Below, in pieces: positions 13,385-27,479 of a stretch of 64,000 nt of DNA. The stretch comes from Selaginella moellendorffii (lineage: Eukaryota; Plantae; Lycopodiophyta), in the NCBI RefSeq assembly GCF_000143415.4, contig NW_003314333.1, positions 62,001 through 126,000 of the forward strand. Reading direction: 5' to 3'. Every line of letters begins with the position of its first letter. Position 1 is the first letter of the stretch. Below the pieces are notes generated by a model. It did no database searches and had not been told where the DNA came from. It saw nothing but the letters and a program-made list of their open reading frames with translations. A program made the translations under genes and the position numbers.

Positions 13385-15771
13385 ATTCTTCCCCCCCAAC
13401 AAAGTCCTTGTCCCAAGGACGAGTTGTACCGGTGATCACCCTTTCTAGGGAATCTTGCTCAAGCTTCTGGTTCATCTTCCACAGCCGTATACATCAAGGA
13501 GGCATTGGGCCCATCACTCCAAGATAGTACACCTTTCAACTGGCTGACATAAAATACCGGATGAATTTTCACCCCAGCTGTCAGCCGCACCCAATAAGCC
13601 GCTTTACCAATGCGCTCCAGCAGTTCATATGGACCAGCATATCAATGGGAAAGTTTATCACTCTTCCCTGTCCGTAAAGGCACCAAGGTGTTCTGCCGCT
13701 CACTTGACGGAAAGATCACGCCCACAAAGACGAAATCACTCACCTTATATTCCCGGAATTGGTGATGCTCATTGGCAAACTTCTCCGCTCTATCCTAAGC
13801 TGCTTGCAAATTCCGTTTGCACACCACTAGAATCTCATCAAGTTCTGTGGCCAAATCAGTTGCCTCGGAATCAAGCTTATCTTGCACATCCTTACTCAAA
13901 TACAATCCCAACTCCACCGCTGTTCGAGGATGCCTTCCAAACATGGCAAAGTAAGGACTTAGCTTGGTTCCACTGTGTTGGCTATTATTGTAAGTAAATT
14001 GCATCAATGGAAGATATAAATCCCACTGTCCTTGCCTTTGACAAATGCTACAATGTAGCATATCCTCCACCACCTGATTCACATGCTCGGTTTGCCCATC
14101 CGTTTGAGGATGATCTCCACTCGAGAGTTTTAAAGTCACTTGCATAGCCTTTGCAAGCTTTTCCAAAATCCACTGGTGAACTTTGAATCTCAATCACTAA
14201 TGATGTCCTCCAGTAAACCAAAATCAGGAAAAACCTTCTCCAAGTAAACCGTAGCCAAGTCTGAGGCAGTGACAGTCTTCTGAAGAGCTAACAACCGCAC
14301 ATACTTCGTGAACCGATCCACTATGACCCATACTTGCTCCTTTTGCCTCTGTGTTCGTGGCAAACAAGTGATGAAGTCCATAGAGATACTACACCAACAG
14401 CTCTGAGGAATAGGTAAAGGTTGCAAAAGTCCCCCCGGCTTCTCCCATGACACCTTAACCTACTGACAAAGCTCACATGATTTACAATACTTGAGGATAT
14501 CAGCCTTTATATTCCTCCAATAAAAGTTGCGCTTAATCAACTCATACGTCTTCTTCCCCCCAAAATGACCAACCTTTGGACGATCATGATAGTGGAATAA
14601 AACTTGAGTAATTAACGCATCCACCCGTGGCAAATATACACGGCCATTGTAGTAGAGAATCCCATCCACTAATGAGAAAGGAGCTTCCATTTGGTCTCGC
14701 AAAGAGGCCACCTCAGCATCCTGAGCTTGAGCATGCTCAACCAACTGCCCAAACTCGCTGACCACCTTACTCAAATGATGATAAAATCATTGTCATAACA
14801 TCATCACATGACGAACACGAGATAAAACATCTACCACCACATTTGATTTTCCCGGACGATGCTCAATAGGAAACTCTCCAAACTCCATGAGTTTGACCAT
14901 CCAACAAGCTTGCCTAGTATTCAACTCTTTCTGTGTGAAAAGATACACAAGTGGTTTGTGATCTGTCAACACCACGAACACTGCACCATAAAGATAGTGC
15001 CACCACGTCCGCAAAGCATGAACAATAGAGAGTAACTCTTGCTCATATGTGGAATAGCGTTGCTCCGTGGAATTCAAAGTTCGACTCTCATATGCAATAG
15101 GCTGTCCCTCTTGCATGAGAACTCCTCCCAGTGCATAACCACTCGCATTGCATGTCACCTCGTAAGGTTTCAATGGATCAGCAATGCGAAGCACTGGAGT
15201 CTCGCTCAACAATCGTTTCAGCGCCACAAAACTCTCCTCTTGTGGCTTCTTCCACTCGAATGGCACATTTTTGCGTAACAACTGCGTCAAAGGAATAGCC
15301 ACCTCTGCAAACTTATGCTGGAAACGTCGGTAGTAAGTAGCCATACCAAGAAAACTGTGCAACTCAACCACTGTAGTCAGTGTAGGTCAGTTTTCCACCA
15401 CAACCACCTTCCTTGGATCCGTCTTGACACCCTTAAATGTCACAATATGGCTAGCCAAGCGAGACACTCGTCCACACCACCATCACCAGAAAAAGTTGGA
15501 ATCTTGAGTCGATTTACCAAAGAAGGCTTACTTGGAGCACTCATCGTCCAGCCTCGAGTGCCTCAACACGCCCATGCATGGTATCCATCATGCCATGCAT
15601 CTCGTCTTGCATCTCTTGCTGATTTCGGTTAAGGGCTTGCAGCTCATGAACCACATCTTGAATGGTCCAAATCTCCACAGCTTCATCAACACCATTGTCA
15701 GCACCACCATCGACAATAAGATTCCAGCGTTCAGCTTGGTCGGCCATCGCAACCAACTCCTCTGATACCAA

Positions 15772-16022
15772 TGTTATGATTTAGCGCAAAAAGACAAAGA
15801 TCTAGTTGCCCTAAACTATGCTACGCCTCTTGAGGTTCCTCACCACCCAACCACCCCCGAGCTACTTCAAAAGCTCCACTACGCCGCCGCTCCACTGTGA
15901 GCCCTAGGGTAGGTTAAGTTCCTTACCCTAGACCATATAGAAATTCAGATATTATGTCTTAATATACCCTTGAGCCTCCCTTTGACTGATGTTGACCACA
16001 TAGTCAAAGCTGGCGCCTAACA
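15772..16022 (-). repeat. 5' LTR of family A element
   Basis: Matches 13155-13384 apart from a ~20 bp insertion. Adjacent to the PBS. Confidence 0.9.
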
Positions 16023-19000
16023 CTCAGGAAGTGTCAGAGTAGACATAATCTTCTCAATCACTAGAGAAACCTGCTGGGAAACCCCTCTAAATCCACCATG
16101 TTGAATATTCCTTTAGAATATTTCTGTATTCATAACTCTTTCTTGATTTTCCTATACATCCATGTATGCACATCTTCCACACCAATTCTTAGGCAGTTGT
16201 GATAGTGTTCTAGAAAAGTTTTTAGACCTATGCAACCTTTCATCTTATCCAAATAAAAATAGCATATGGGACACTTAAAATAATATATAATTTTTAGCCA
16301 TATCCGAAGCAAGATTTCAAAGAAATATCTAGCATTATTCTTGAAGCACATGAGGCAATCTATCTTTAGTAACAATATCTTGAACATTATCTAGAAGAGG
16401 GATCTCTTGTTTAGTTGCACTTGAGGTTACAAAAGGAAAAGCCTTATGTGGAGTGGAATGTTAGTAAAACTTAGAGATGGAGGTGGAGATTTATATGAAA
16501 TGCATGAGGGCCAAGAGCAAGTAGTAATAACATTTTACTAACCATTCCTACACTCTAAACAAACTGAATTTTCAATGTTAAAAGCATAAGCAAAGATCTA
16601 GGGGTTCTTCAAAGTTTAAATTATCAGTCTAAAACATGGGACCTCAAAATTATAACAATGTTAGAACCACTTGTATACATAATAATGTCTTTATACATGC
16701 TAGAATACTATTATTTTTTGAAAATATAAAATTCTCCACTTTACTCATTATGAACTAAACTTTTGAAAAAATTATGTATGATTTTCATATTACATTAAAG
16801 GGTGGCCTAAATATCTTATATTTAATACTCACTAATGGTGTTCAAAAATGGAATATTGTTCTTCACTATGAAATCATAATAGCTATGTGTTTTTTATTCT
16901 TTTTTGATTTTCTTGTACATCCATGTGTGCAAACCTTCCAAACTTACTCTTGGACATTTGCAATAGTGCTCAAGAAAATTTACCAAACACATGCAACCAT
17001 TTGTCTTGTTCAAATAAAAGTAGCACATAAGATACCAAAGATAATAAGTATTTACATCAAGCACTCTTGCCATATTTGAAAAAAAATCTTGAAGAAAATT
17101 TTGATATCACTCTTAGAATATTAGAGGCAGTTCAATTCTTTCAACAACATCATAAGAAAGGAATTCTTGTTCAATTGCATGTGAGGTCACAAATGGAAGA
17201 TCTTCACAACAACCCTCAAAATGAAAATGAAAATTGTTATGTAGAGGTGAAGGTGGATTATTGGTTGAGATTGGAAATGGAAGTAAAGACTTATATGAGA
17301 AGCTTATAGGATCAAAAGTAAACTTCTTCTGAACCATTGCAACACATAAGAAGAATTAAACTTCCCAACAATAAAAATTCTCTGATTAATATATTGCATT
17401 TCAATCTTAGGAATGACATTTTATTATGACATGACAATATATTGAATTATAATTATCAATCTTGGTAATTACAACTTACTATTAGAGACAAGTAGCTATA
17501 GGGTTCCATAAGCTAAAAACTAGCATATAATTAATACGTAGCCTTATTTTATATAGCTGGTCTGCCATATATAATAATGGCAAATGCACACAGGCACATG
17601 AAAATACCTTTTTGTAAGATTACCTTTAAATCTCAAATATATATATATAGATTTGATGCTTTGATTCATCCACATCATATATATTACACACTTATACTCT
17701 TTGTAATAATACAATAGATCAAGAGGAATAGGATATATATAAAAAAATTACTTTTCTTTATAATATTTTAGTGAATTAAAAAAGCCATGGAAAGCTTTAT
17801 AGAGTGGATTTATTAGTGTTTTCTGCTATATTGTCTATTTCTTTTTTTCTCTTGCTCTAGATTGTTATTTCGGAAGTAATAGGAGCATTTTTAATCAATA
17901 GTGACAATGGTTTTCACATTTTTAGATGGGTAATAAGGACCATGAGTGTAATATGAAGATTGTGGTAGTGAATTAAAATTAACATTCTCATATTTCTGTA
18001 TGTTAGAACTACTCACAATTTTTTTTGTCTTCCTTGCTTCTTATCTCTATAAAACCTTAAAGAATGAATGAGTGAATTAGTGTTTTGAATTATTCATATA
18101 TTTCTGGTCAATTGTTAAAATGCCAAAATGTCAAAATGTACAATAGAAATTTTAAGTTTGTGTGAACTTCAATATTCCCATTTTTATTTGGGACAAAAGC
18201 ACCCAAAAATTTCTATGAGTTCAAATGAACTTCTAATTCTAGAAACTACTTAATCAGTATTTTATTGTATAGATCGCATTAAAAAAAATTTAAAAGTAAA
18301 AATTTCTCTGAATCATTGACAATTAAATTTTTGAATTTTAAGTTCACTAAAGAATAACATTTTTTAACCTGACATTTCCTTTCAAAACTTATCATTGAAT
18401 ATGTTGACTAGCATTGACTTGAGCTAAATTCAACTCAACTTGTAAGCTCAACACAAGTTTGGACTATCTCTTGAAGGGGCCATCATAAAGCCTTTTATGA
18501 CGGGGAAGCTTTTCAAGGTCTAGTATCAACTTAAGTCCAAATTATAATGCAAACAGCTGCGGATCAAGGAACAACTGGACCAACAGTCAATTTTCCTTAG
18601 CAAATGGTTCCAGGTCAAGGTAAAAATGCTTAGTGAAATGGAAGATAGAGGCCTAGACCAAACCTACAGGGACCTACACAAAGCGGGCCTGTGCACATAT
18701 GCAAAGGCTGATACCATGATCCAAGACCACTAAACGGCCAACAACTGCAACTAGATCAAAGCCTTCTATAGCTTGGATGTTTCAAAATACAGGATGTGAA
18801 AATTTCAAACTGCCTTCCACAAAGCCTGCCAAGCGTGCCTTGAGACACTATAAATAACCACATATCACCTCATCAATGGTGGAAGCTAAATGACACTATC
18901 AGCTGTACACTCCCAAGACGTACTTTAGTAGAGATTTGGAAGGCCTGCTGCACCAGGATGTTCAATGACAAGAACCCGTCGGCTCGAGCAACAATCTCAA

Positions 19001-19639
19001 AGGTCTAGTCCTGATTGATTGTTGCACTAGCATCCAAAGTGGACATGCTGGTAAAAAGAGGAATGAAAATCACCTAGGAATATGCTCTTTGGTAGTTCTT
19101 TAGACTTGGAAGTGAGGTTGGTGAAGATGAATGGACTTGGAAACCACCAATGTAGCTCTAGCATCACTTGGCCTAGAGTGACAGAACGTGTACCTCCTTG
19201 AGTCCCTCAAACTCCTGATTAGGGACTTTGACTACATGGACCACCACGGATACAGACTTGAGCTTTAGTTCAGCCTCCCCCCCCCCCTCCTCCTTTTGCT
19301 CTTTTCTAATTTCGAGCATATTGAAATTGAACTCTATGGTTTTATAAAGACTAAATAAGTAAAACTTGGTTGATAAAGCCTTTGATAAGAGTAAAGACTT
19401 TGATTTGAAACATTTTTAAAACATTTTTTACTTCACTTTTTTTTATAGACATTGTAGAGAGTAGCTACTAGTCTTCTCAGTGGACTAAGATGTTCTTCCC
19501 ATCCTTAATTATGGCTACAACAACAACTTGGAAGAGCTCTCCTCTGCAGCTATGCACAAATATATTAGTAAGCATGAATTTTATCTCTAACTTCTAGTTC
19601 TAATAATTATTTTTCAAGTTTGCCCTCTATCCCCAACAG

Positions 19640-21329
19640 CCAATATTGGGGAAGTTGTTGTTCTCATTGGAGATTAGACGCAGCTTTTAGATGCTATTAA
19701 TCGGGAGCTTTACATGCTTGATTAGTGGATCCATGGCTTAGGTCAGCTCATGCAGATCAATTTCATCTTTTTCAATCTTCCTGATGGGATGTCACCACCA
19801 CATAGGGATACTCCATCATGGAATGTTTTGCAAGTCTAACACATTTCCCAAGCCTTATAAGTTGTGAGTAGCTTCATAACATATGAGGGTGTGGTTGTCA
19901 TGATCCTTCCTCGCTCTCTAATATGGGAAGGCCTTCTCACACACTTGGCCATGGTTGGTCTTGATTGTGTTCGGCCGGAATCCCGACTGCCGCCAAACAC
20001 GGTCGGCAGAATGCGGTCAGACAGCTCCGTTTGGTGATTCTGTTTGGCGAAAAAAATGGTGATCATGCTGGCAGGGGCTAGATTTCTGATGCTGCTGTGG
20101 CTATCGCCATCGCCACTGCATCTCCACTGCTTTGCTGTTTTCCTACTGCTATGGAGTGATCCATCCATCCACAAATGCCTAGCCCAGCAAGCCTACATAG
20201 AATCCAACAAAGAGGGCTATAGCCTATAGGAGCTGTGTGCGTACCGAGCTCTATAGGGCAACACTCTCCAGTCGGTCGGCCTCTGCTTTCAATTGAGCAT
20301 GGAGCAGCTTGCTGAGGCCTTGCAAATCGCCCAGTTCGTGATGCTTGAAATTTTTGCCCTAAAATGGAAAATATGATTCCATTTGATTCTAGCGATTTTG
20401 GCACAATTGAGTAATGGCACCTGATTGAGTATGGTCCCATGTTACCAAGCTCACTTCTTATGCTTACAACAAAGGAGCTGGGTATTGAAAATGTAATTAT
20501 TGTGGAAAAATGTATGTTAGCTAGGTTTGAATCTCTTGGTATAGAAGATTTAGCCGAAGAAGATCTTCCAAATGAGGATGTAATTGTTGAGAAAAATGCC
20601 GAAGATGTCAAAGGACTTGCCAAAAATGTTGAAGAAAATGAGTAGTAGTTGGTTTGGTTTGGTTGGTTTGGTTTGGTTTAATGCTTTGGTTTTCTGACTT
20701 TTATTAATGTGGTTTTACTAAAAATGTTTTTTTTATCAAAACTATTTTGTGAACCGTTCGGCCGTTCAGCATTTTTACAGCCGGTCGATAACCACGGTCG
20801 GTTGGTCAGCAGGTCGGCGTTCGGAACAATCAGGACCAACCATGCACTTGGCCAATAACAATGATGGATTTGTGGAGTTTTCATTTACCTGCCTTCTTTC
20901 GAGTATGGTGGTGGACACAAAAGACACAGAAGTGGAAGATGAGTGACTTCTTTATTTACAAATTAAGTCTATTCATTATTTTTTCCAGGTTTATTCCTGG
21001 AACTACCATGCTGCCACGTTGGGAACTGCTGTAAGGCCAGACGAGATGACAAGCATGCTGCTCTTGCTTTGCCAGGATGTGACAACTCTACATATATCAT
21101 CTCAAATGTGATTGACTTGGAGGTTCTTCACCCAACGTTCCCTGGCTATCAACACTATTCGGTCATAGCTATGCAAATCTTGTTGGAGTTTTTTTTTTTG
21201 CCAAAGGGGATTGTGCTTGATGCTATAGCAGGATTTGGGTCGATAGTGCAAGTAGCAAAAGAGATAGGCCAAGCTGTTTTTGCACTTGAGAAAAAGAGTG
21301 CTTTTGAGGATATTCTTGGGAGATTTTGA
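19640..21329 (+). pseudogene. Relic of a beta-class amino-(N6A/N4C) DNA methyltransferase-like gene, split by a hAT insertion
   Basis: 19741-19949 reads QINFIFFNLPDG..P.WN...EGVVVMIL (DPPY-position strand, with stops). The frame continues across the hAT TSD (THLA|NNNDG). 21069-21329 reads HPT...ILLEFF..PKGIVLDAIAGFGS..VAKEIGQAVFALE (motifs X-I-II, SAM-binding, at the C-terminus). Confidence 0.62.
19950..20844. mobile_element. Non-autonomous hAT DNA transposon (895 bp)
   Basis: 19-bp TIRs CATGGTTGGTCYTGATTGT at 19950-19968 and 20826-20844. Perfect 8-bp TSD CACTTGGC. CGG/CCG-rich subtermini and an internal (GGTTT)n tract at ~20649-20678. Confidence 0.9.
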
Positions 21330-22040
21330 GATAGATGATGTTAGTGTTTGAAGTAATATATAATATTTATTCTCAAATGTTTCTATGTCATTAAGTTCAC
21401 ACTTGTCACATATGGTGTTTTAGTCCACACATCTGATCCTGATGATATGGATGATCATATGGATCAAAGTCAATTTCACTTACCTATTTATGCTAAATGC
21501 ATGGCACAACATTACATGCAACACGAGCCTATAGTGAAGGAGCATTCCACTATACCCATTTCTGGCTTTCTAGACATGGAAGCAAAAGAAAACTAAATAT
21601 GTTCATTTTAATATTAATTATGTTGTTTAATATATTATTTTCTTTCTTTGTAGACTAAAAGATTAGGTAGTGTCAAACCAATAATCTACATAAGCTTATG
21701 AAATATCTTAAACACCTAAATTTTAAGTTAAAAATTCTTAGTTTGAGACGAACTAAGGTAGTGCCATTAAACTTTCGCTAGTTAGGGGATTGTATTGACT
21801 TCCTTTGACTTTTGTTGACTTTTATTGACTTGAGTTCAACTCAAAAACTACCCAAACCCTAAAGAGGAAGTAAACATCATTTACCCTTCTTAGCTTAGTA
21901 AGAAGAATGATCTTATGCTACATAGGCCACGCTGTTATAGGGGTATATATTGCTTAAGAGCTTTGGGATTGTTCACAGTGGACTCTAGAGCTTTAAGTAG
22001 CTCTCTCCAATTAATCCCACAAACAAATTTTGTTCCATAA

Positions 22041-23780
22041 TGTTAGGTGCCAGCTTTGACCACATGGTCAATGTCAGTCAAAGAGAGGCTCAAGGGTACA
22101 TTAAGGCATGTTAGTGTAAGGGATTTAACCTAATAGTGGAGTGGTGGCATAGTGGAGCTTTTGAGGTAGCTTAGAGGTGGTTGGGTGGTGAGGAATCTCA
22201 AGAGGAGGCATAATGTAATCTAAGAAGACTATATCTTTGTCTTTTTGTGCCAAATCATAACATTAGTATTAGAGCAGTTGGTTGTGATAGCTAACCAAGC
22301 TAAATGCTAGAATCCTATTGTCGATGGTAGTGCTAATGATGGTGCCGATGAAGTTGCGAAGGTTTGGACCATTCAAGATGTTGTTCATGAGTTGCAAGCC
22401 CTTAACTGAAATAAGCAAGAGATGCAAGATGAGATGCATGGCATGATGGATACCATGCATGGGCGTGTTGAGGCACTTGAGGCTGGACGTAGTAGCACTC
22501 TAAGTAAGCCTTCTTTGGTAGATCGACTTAAGCTTCCAACCTTTTCCAGTGATGGTGGTGTGGACAAGTGTCTCACTTGGCTAGCTAATGTGAAGAAGTT
22601 CTTTGCTGCTAGGGGAACTCTAGATGCAAAGGCTTTAGTGGCTATTCCAATGGTTTCATGTGATGTGACTTCAGTGGTGGAATTGGCTTGAGGAGTCTCA
22701 TATTGCAGATAAGAAACCACCAGTAACTACTATGGATGAGTTTGAGGTTGCTTTCCGTTTATGTTTTTCCCCTTATTACAATGTGGAGAAAGTTCGCACT
22801 GAACTTTGACATTTCCAACAAGGGAAAATACTATATTGAGAAGCTTACTCACTTGATTAGCAGTGTTCCAATGAAAGATCCAAATTAGAACAAGTCCTAC
22901 TTCATTGATGGCCTTCATAACAAAAGCATGCGGCAACACTTGCGTTATTCTCAGCTTACAAACAATTTTGAGGAGCTCTTTGATGTGGCTCATTGACTTG
23001 ACAATGACAAGCACAAGTCTCGCAAGTGTTCACTAAGTCCTTTTGTCGAGAATCATCATGATGATCATTGTGGACACAAGGATAGTAACAAGCATCACAA
23101 GTTGAAGTCTGTGGTGACTACTTTGGATGCAAAGGGTCAAAGAAGCAAAAGTTCTTTGTGAAGAATTATAGATAAGGCTGTCATCATTGCGGCGAGCTTA
23201 GACACTACAAGGCTGATTGTCCACAGTTGAAGAACAAGCAATAGGGCAAGAAGAATGGCCAATCTTCTATTGATGGTAAGTCAGATATTAAAAAGTTGTA
23301 ACCTTTGTAGCGTGAAAATGATGGGGACAACCATTCTAGTCGTAGGAAGAGGCTTTCAATCGTTGCTCATCAACTCAACTGTGTGTGGAACAAGATGGAG
23401 CTCGAGGATACTCGTAAATCAGCTTTAATGCTAGAGGGTGTGTTCCATGGCGGTCTAGTGCAGATTTTATTGGACAATGGGAGTGATGACAACTTTGTTT
23501 TAGCAAAATTTGTTGTGGAGCATGGCCTAGTGACACAAGGCGTTCTTCCATATATGGTGGAAGGTGTAGTTACCTCTGCTCAGCATTTTGATACTTCTGT
23601 AGTGGGGTTGGAAGTGTTGGTTAGCAAAACCACACTTGAGGAGACTTTTTATCTCACGAATATCCATTGTATGGATCTCAGTCTTGGAATGCCATAGTTT
23701 GTGAAGGTGGATCTAGAGATAAAGTGGAGTATTAAATGTGTCTCACTAAAAGCACCAAATGGAGACTTACTTGGCTAAAT
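22041..23780 (+). mobile_element. Ty3/gypsy family A 5' fragment: LTR (22041-22262), degenerate PBS, decayed gag and aspartic protease
   Basis: LTR is homologous to 13155-13384. The gag peptide MQDEMHGMMDTMHGRVEALEAG is identical to that at 15541-15771. There is a zinc-knuckle relic at ~23180-23220 and protease ILLDNGSDDNF. Confidence 0.85.
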
Positions 23781-26700
23781 AAATCCAAACTCAAATAACT
23801 TTTTGACTTTTCGTTAAACTTCTTGCTCCTCCACATAACTTAACCGAAATGAACACCTGTAAATTGGTTATGTCCCCCGCTCCAACATAATCCCATGCTC
23901 CACACCTCATAATGGAGGCAACTCATAAGGAAGTTCAGATGGAAAAACATAAAAAAACTCGTTGAGTACATCCCATACTTCTGCTTCTCCCCCACACATG
24001 CCTTGGTCCCCCAAGTCAAGAATAAATAGCAAGTAGCTTGAAAGTGCTTTTTCATTACAACAAGCCTGCTTCAAAGATGTAATAGAGGGCATAACAACTA
24101 GAGGTTGAACTCCCTCTCCAAACCACACATCCTTAACACCACCGTTCATATAGATGGTCAACTCCACTGCCAACCAGGAAAAACATTTGTGAGCTCAGGA
24201 GGAAAGTATGGTGTGGAGGCCATCTTAGTCTGAGCCTGCTAGGCTTGCTAAGAAAGAGCTCTGCCATGGTTGTTGAGAAAGGTGGCACTATGAGTTCCAT
24301 CACTAATTTCCATCTTGCCTTGTGCGCTGTCAATGGTGCAATGGGCTGTGACTCCTGCTGGAGGAACGGTGTGGTTGGCGAAGGTCTTGAGCACAATAGA
24401 GGAGCTCTTAGTGATCTGTAGCTGTGCCAAAAGGGTAGCTTCGAGAGAGATAATGTTGCTTCTAGAACCAGAGTCAACCAAAGCATCCACCTTAAAAAAA
24501 GTACCAATCTACGCCAGGACGAAGAATGGACCAGGATCTCCACCGTATCTTGTCATGTCGACAATGTGCACATCTTGAGAAGTCCTCTTGAGAGTGCTCT
24601 CTGGTGTTCCTGACCATGCAAACTCCTCTAAACACTGGCCAAATCCCGGGACAAGACACAACATGTCTCGGAGCGAAAAGGTGATGGGAGTGTCAATCAG
24701 CTGTTGAAGAATCGGCTTCAGAACAGGAATAGTTGTTGGTGAGATCTCAGGAGGAGAAGAGAGTAGTGACTTGAAAGGGAGCTTACAAGCCACCCTTTGT
24801 GTCACTAGATTTGGTGCCGATAGAGATTCACTCTCAACCGATGCCAGGGGATCGATGCCAGGCTGAGCAGTTGCCTTCTTCTTTGCTTGGGCTCGAGTGG
24901 CTACGGTTTGCTACTGTTGCCTATAGAGTTCCTTGGCTACCAAATTTGTGTTGACCAATGAGGCTGGTGCTTTGCCTTTGCTTGACAAAGGGGCTGCCTC
25001 AATTACTTGTCGCTCCAACTGCTCCTAATATGTCTCTAGACCCCGAGACAATGAGGAATTATCACTGAAGGGATGTTGTTGGACATGTTGAGAAGATGGA
25101 GGCCAAAGCTTAGGGTGAAGCTTGAAGCAGCACTGCGTGTTGTGTGTGTTTGTTTCCCAGTGAGTGCACCAATGGACTTAAATCTGCATTCCTAAGCTGT
25201 AGCAGCCTCTTTCCAGGACTCCATCAGCTCCTAGAGCAGTTTGTCATGGTGTGATTGTTGTTGAAGAATGATCTCCTTTAGCTGCCGCATCTTGTTAGCA
25301 AAGTTTTCAATAGGCGGAGGTGTATGCTCAATAGTGATAGGCTTTGGTATGGACAGGTGAAGAGCTGCACAAGGTGACTCTGACGGGGTTATGGCTAGGT
25401 CGAAATCAACACTAGCAATCCCCAGGTTAACAAGAAGCTCTCTTTCCAGCTTCGTGGCAAATGAAAATGCCTTGTGACTAGACTTGAATGTCTTCTCAAG
25501 AAGTTTCATCTACAAATTCCCACGAAGACCTGCTGTGAATGCTGTGATCCCCTGTTGCTCATCTTGGACCACTTCGCGATTCCAACATTGCTTCCAGTAT
25601 GCTTGAAACCAGGTGATATAGTCAGGAACAGACTCATGAGCACCCTGCCGGAATGAAAAGAGGTCGACAAGTAGCTGATTTGTGGGTTTTTCTTCAACGA
25701 AACATTCTTTGAAAGAAGCAGGTAGTGTCTGGAAGTCTGTCTGGTCCTTTGGGAGGAGAGAATCTGCCCAAGTTGATGCTTTTCCTTTGAGAGACTGCAA
25801 GAAGTCGCGGCACATATGATCATCATCGACGATCATGTTTGTGGTGCAGTAGTAATCAAAGCGACTGATATGCGATGTTGGAGAGACTATTCCAATACTC
25901 AAGAAGGTCAGCAGATAACTCCCTTTCTACAAAATATGGAGCTGAAGTCGAGCTAAAGGTGGCTACACCATAGCTCCTAGATCTAAGTCACTGGAATCTG
26001 CCAAGGATGAAGAGGACTAGGTGCAGTGTAGTACCTAAGTTGTCTTTCGATGTTAGAAAGTTTACTCCATACTTTAGGGCCTTGAGGTATGGTAAAAGGG
26101 TGCCAATTTGTCACACGTCTAGTTTGTAACGACGTCAAATACTCTAAACACTGTAAATGCCCGGTCAAGGCAACTAGGTTGACAGGAGCAAGAAGATTGT
26201 AGACTTGTGCTCAAGCTGCTCAAAGTGCCTATGACAAAGAGAAATAAGGGTCGAAATGGAAGGAGATGTAGGCCTCAAGCACACATAACCATTGACCCAT
26301 AGGGTAATCGCCAAAGTAGCTGCTGGAGTAGCCATTGGAGTAGCCGGTAACTGGTAGCTAATAACCAGTAACTAGGGACCTATAACCTATAACCAGTAAC
26401 CCCCTACTCTTGCTCCTACTCTTGCATCTGCTCCAACACCAATTCCTATCCCTACGCTTGCCCCTACTGTCCCTGTTCCTATGCCAACTCTTGTTCCTGA
26501 TCCTCCTGTTCTTGTTCCTACACCAACTCTTGTTCTTGTTTCTAAGCCTACCTGTTCCTTGAAGATTGCTTTATTCCCAAGGAACCTCAACAAAGTTTAG
26601 CCCAAAAGAGAAAAATGAGTCCTCTGGTCACGATCCTTCCCCATTTTGACTGTAGGTTGGCTCGCTGGAAAGAGCTAAGCCCCGTCTACCCTCTATCGCA

Positions 26701-27473
26701 AGAATTTGTGAAGAAGCTACCTCAACATTCCTCGAAATCCAAGAAGAGGTAGCCCAAAACACCAATATTGTGGAAAAACATGTGCATGTCACTAATGTGG
26801 ATCGATACTAAGGCGCTGTTGATAGTTTTAGAAAACCCAAGACTAGGAGAACCTTTAGAAACAAATGGCATCCAAAACAAAGCTCAGAGAAGCATGAATT
26901 CCTGCTATAGAGATGACCCAATCTAGCCTGAGAAGAAAATCCTTTTGCATGCCATCAATTTGCCCAAATCTAGTGCCAAGAATCACCACTACTCATAGAT
27001 CTAGGCCAGATCTACAAACCCAAATGCATTACCTTGAGAAATTGGGCCGAGGATCCAGGCGAGAAAGTGAAAACCCCAAAATGTTCATCCAACCGAGCCA
27101 AGAAACGTGTATCTCTTCAAATACTGCCCGGCTTGATGAGCGCCATACCTTGATGGAAAGAGGAGCTCCAGACCTATCCAACAAGCCTAAGATCCAACAA
27201 AACCACAGCAAGACGAATGAGAAATTGGTTCCCAATGTCTACGACCAAAAGAAAAAGAGAGAAATGACGCCTCAAAAAGTGCTACGCATCACGCCGTTGG
27301 GGGCACCTACCCCAACATTCGCTCAAACATGAGAAATGTTTCAATGCACTTCACAAAAATGCCCCCCCTTGCCCTTATGGGGCAAGGGTTTTATACAAGG
27401 AAGATGGGGAATATTTTGAGGACCAGAATATTCCCTCTCTCTCTCTCACTCTCTCGGTGGCCACGCTCTAACA
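23780..27473 (-). mobile_element. Ty3/gypsy (Tat/Athila-like) family D 5' fragment: ~1.36-kb LTR (26109-27473), PBS TGGCACCC, decayed gag and protease
   Basis: Reverse complement of 25830-27473 aligns with 45174-46874. Gag-like FLQSLKGKASTW..FRQGAHESVPDYITWF; protease ALVDSGSRSNII. Confidence 0.8.
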
Positions 27474-27479
27474 ATTGTT

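Larger units (their letters stand above)
13155..16022 (-). mobile_element. Ty3/gypsy LTR retrotransposon family A, internally deleted (gag N-terminus fused to RNase H-integrase)
   Basis: LTRs at 15772-16022 and 13155-13384 (TG...CA), 5-bp TSD CTCAG on both sides, tRNA-iMet PBS TGGTATCAGAG at ~15760-15770, and PPT next to 13385. RNase H (CNASGYALGGVLMQ) and integrase (HFGGKKTY, ISMDFI, HPQTDGQTE) motifs are present. Confidence 0.93.
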
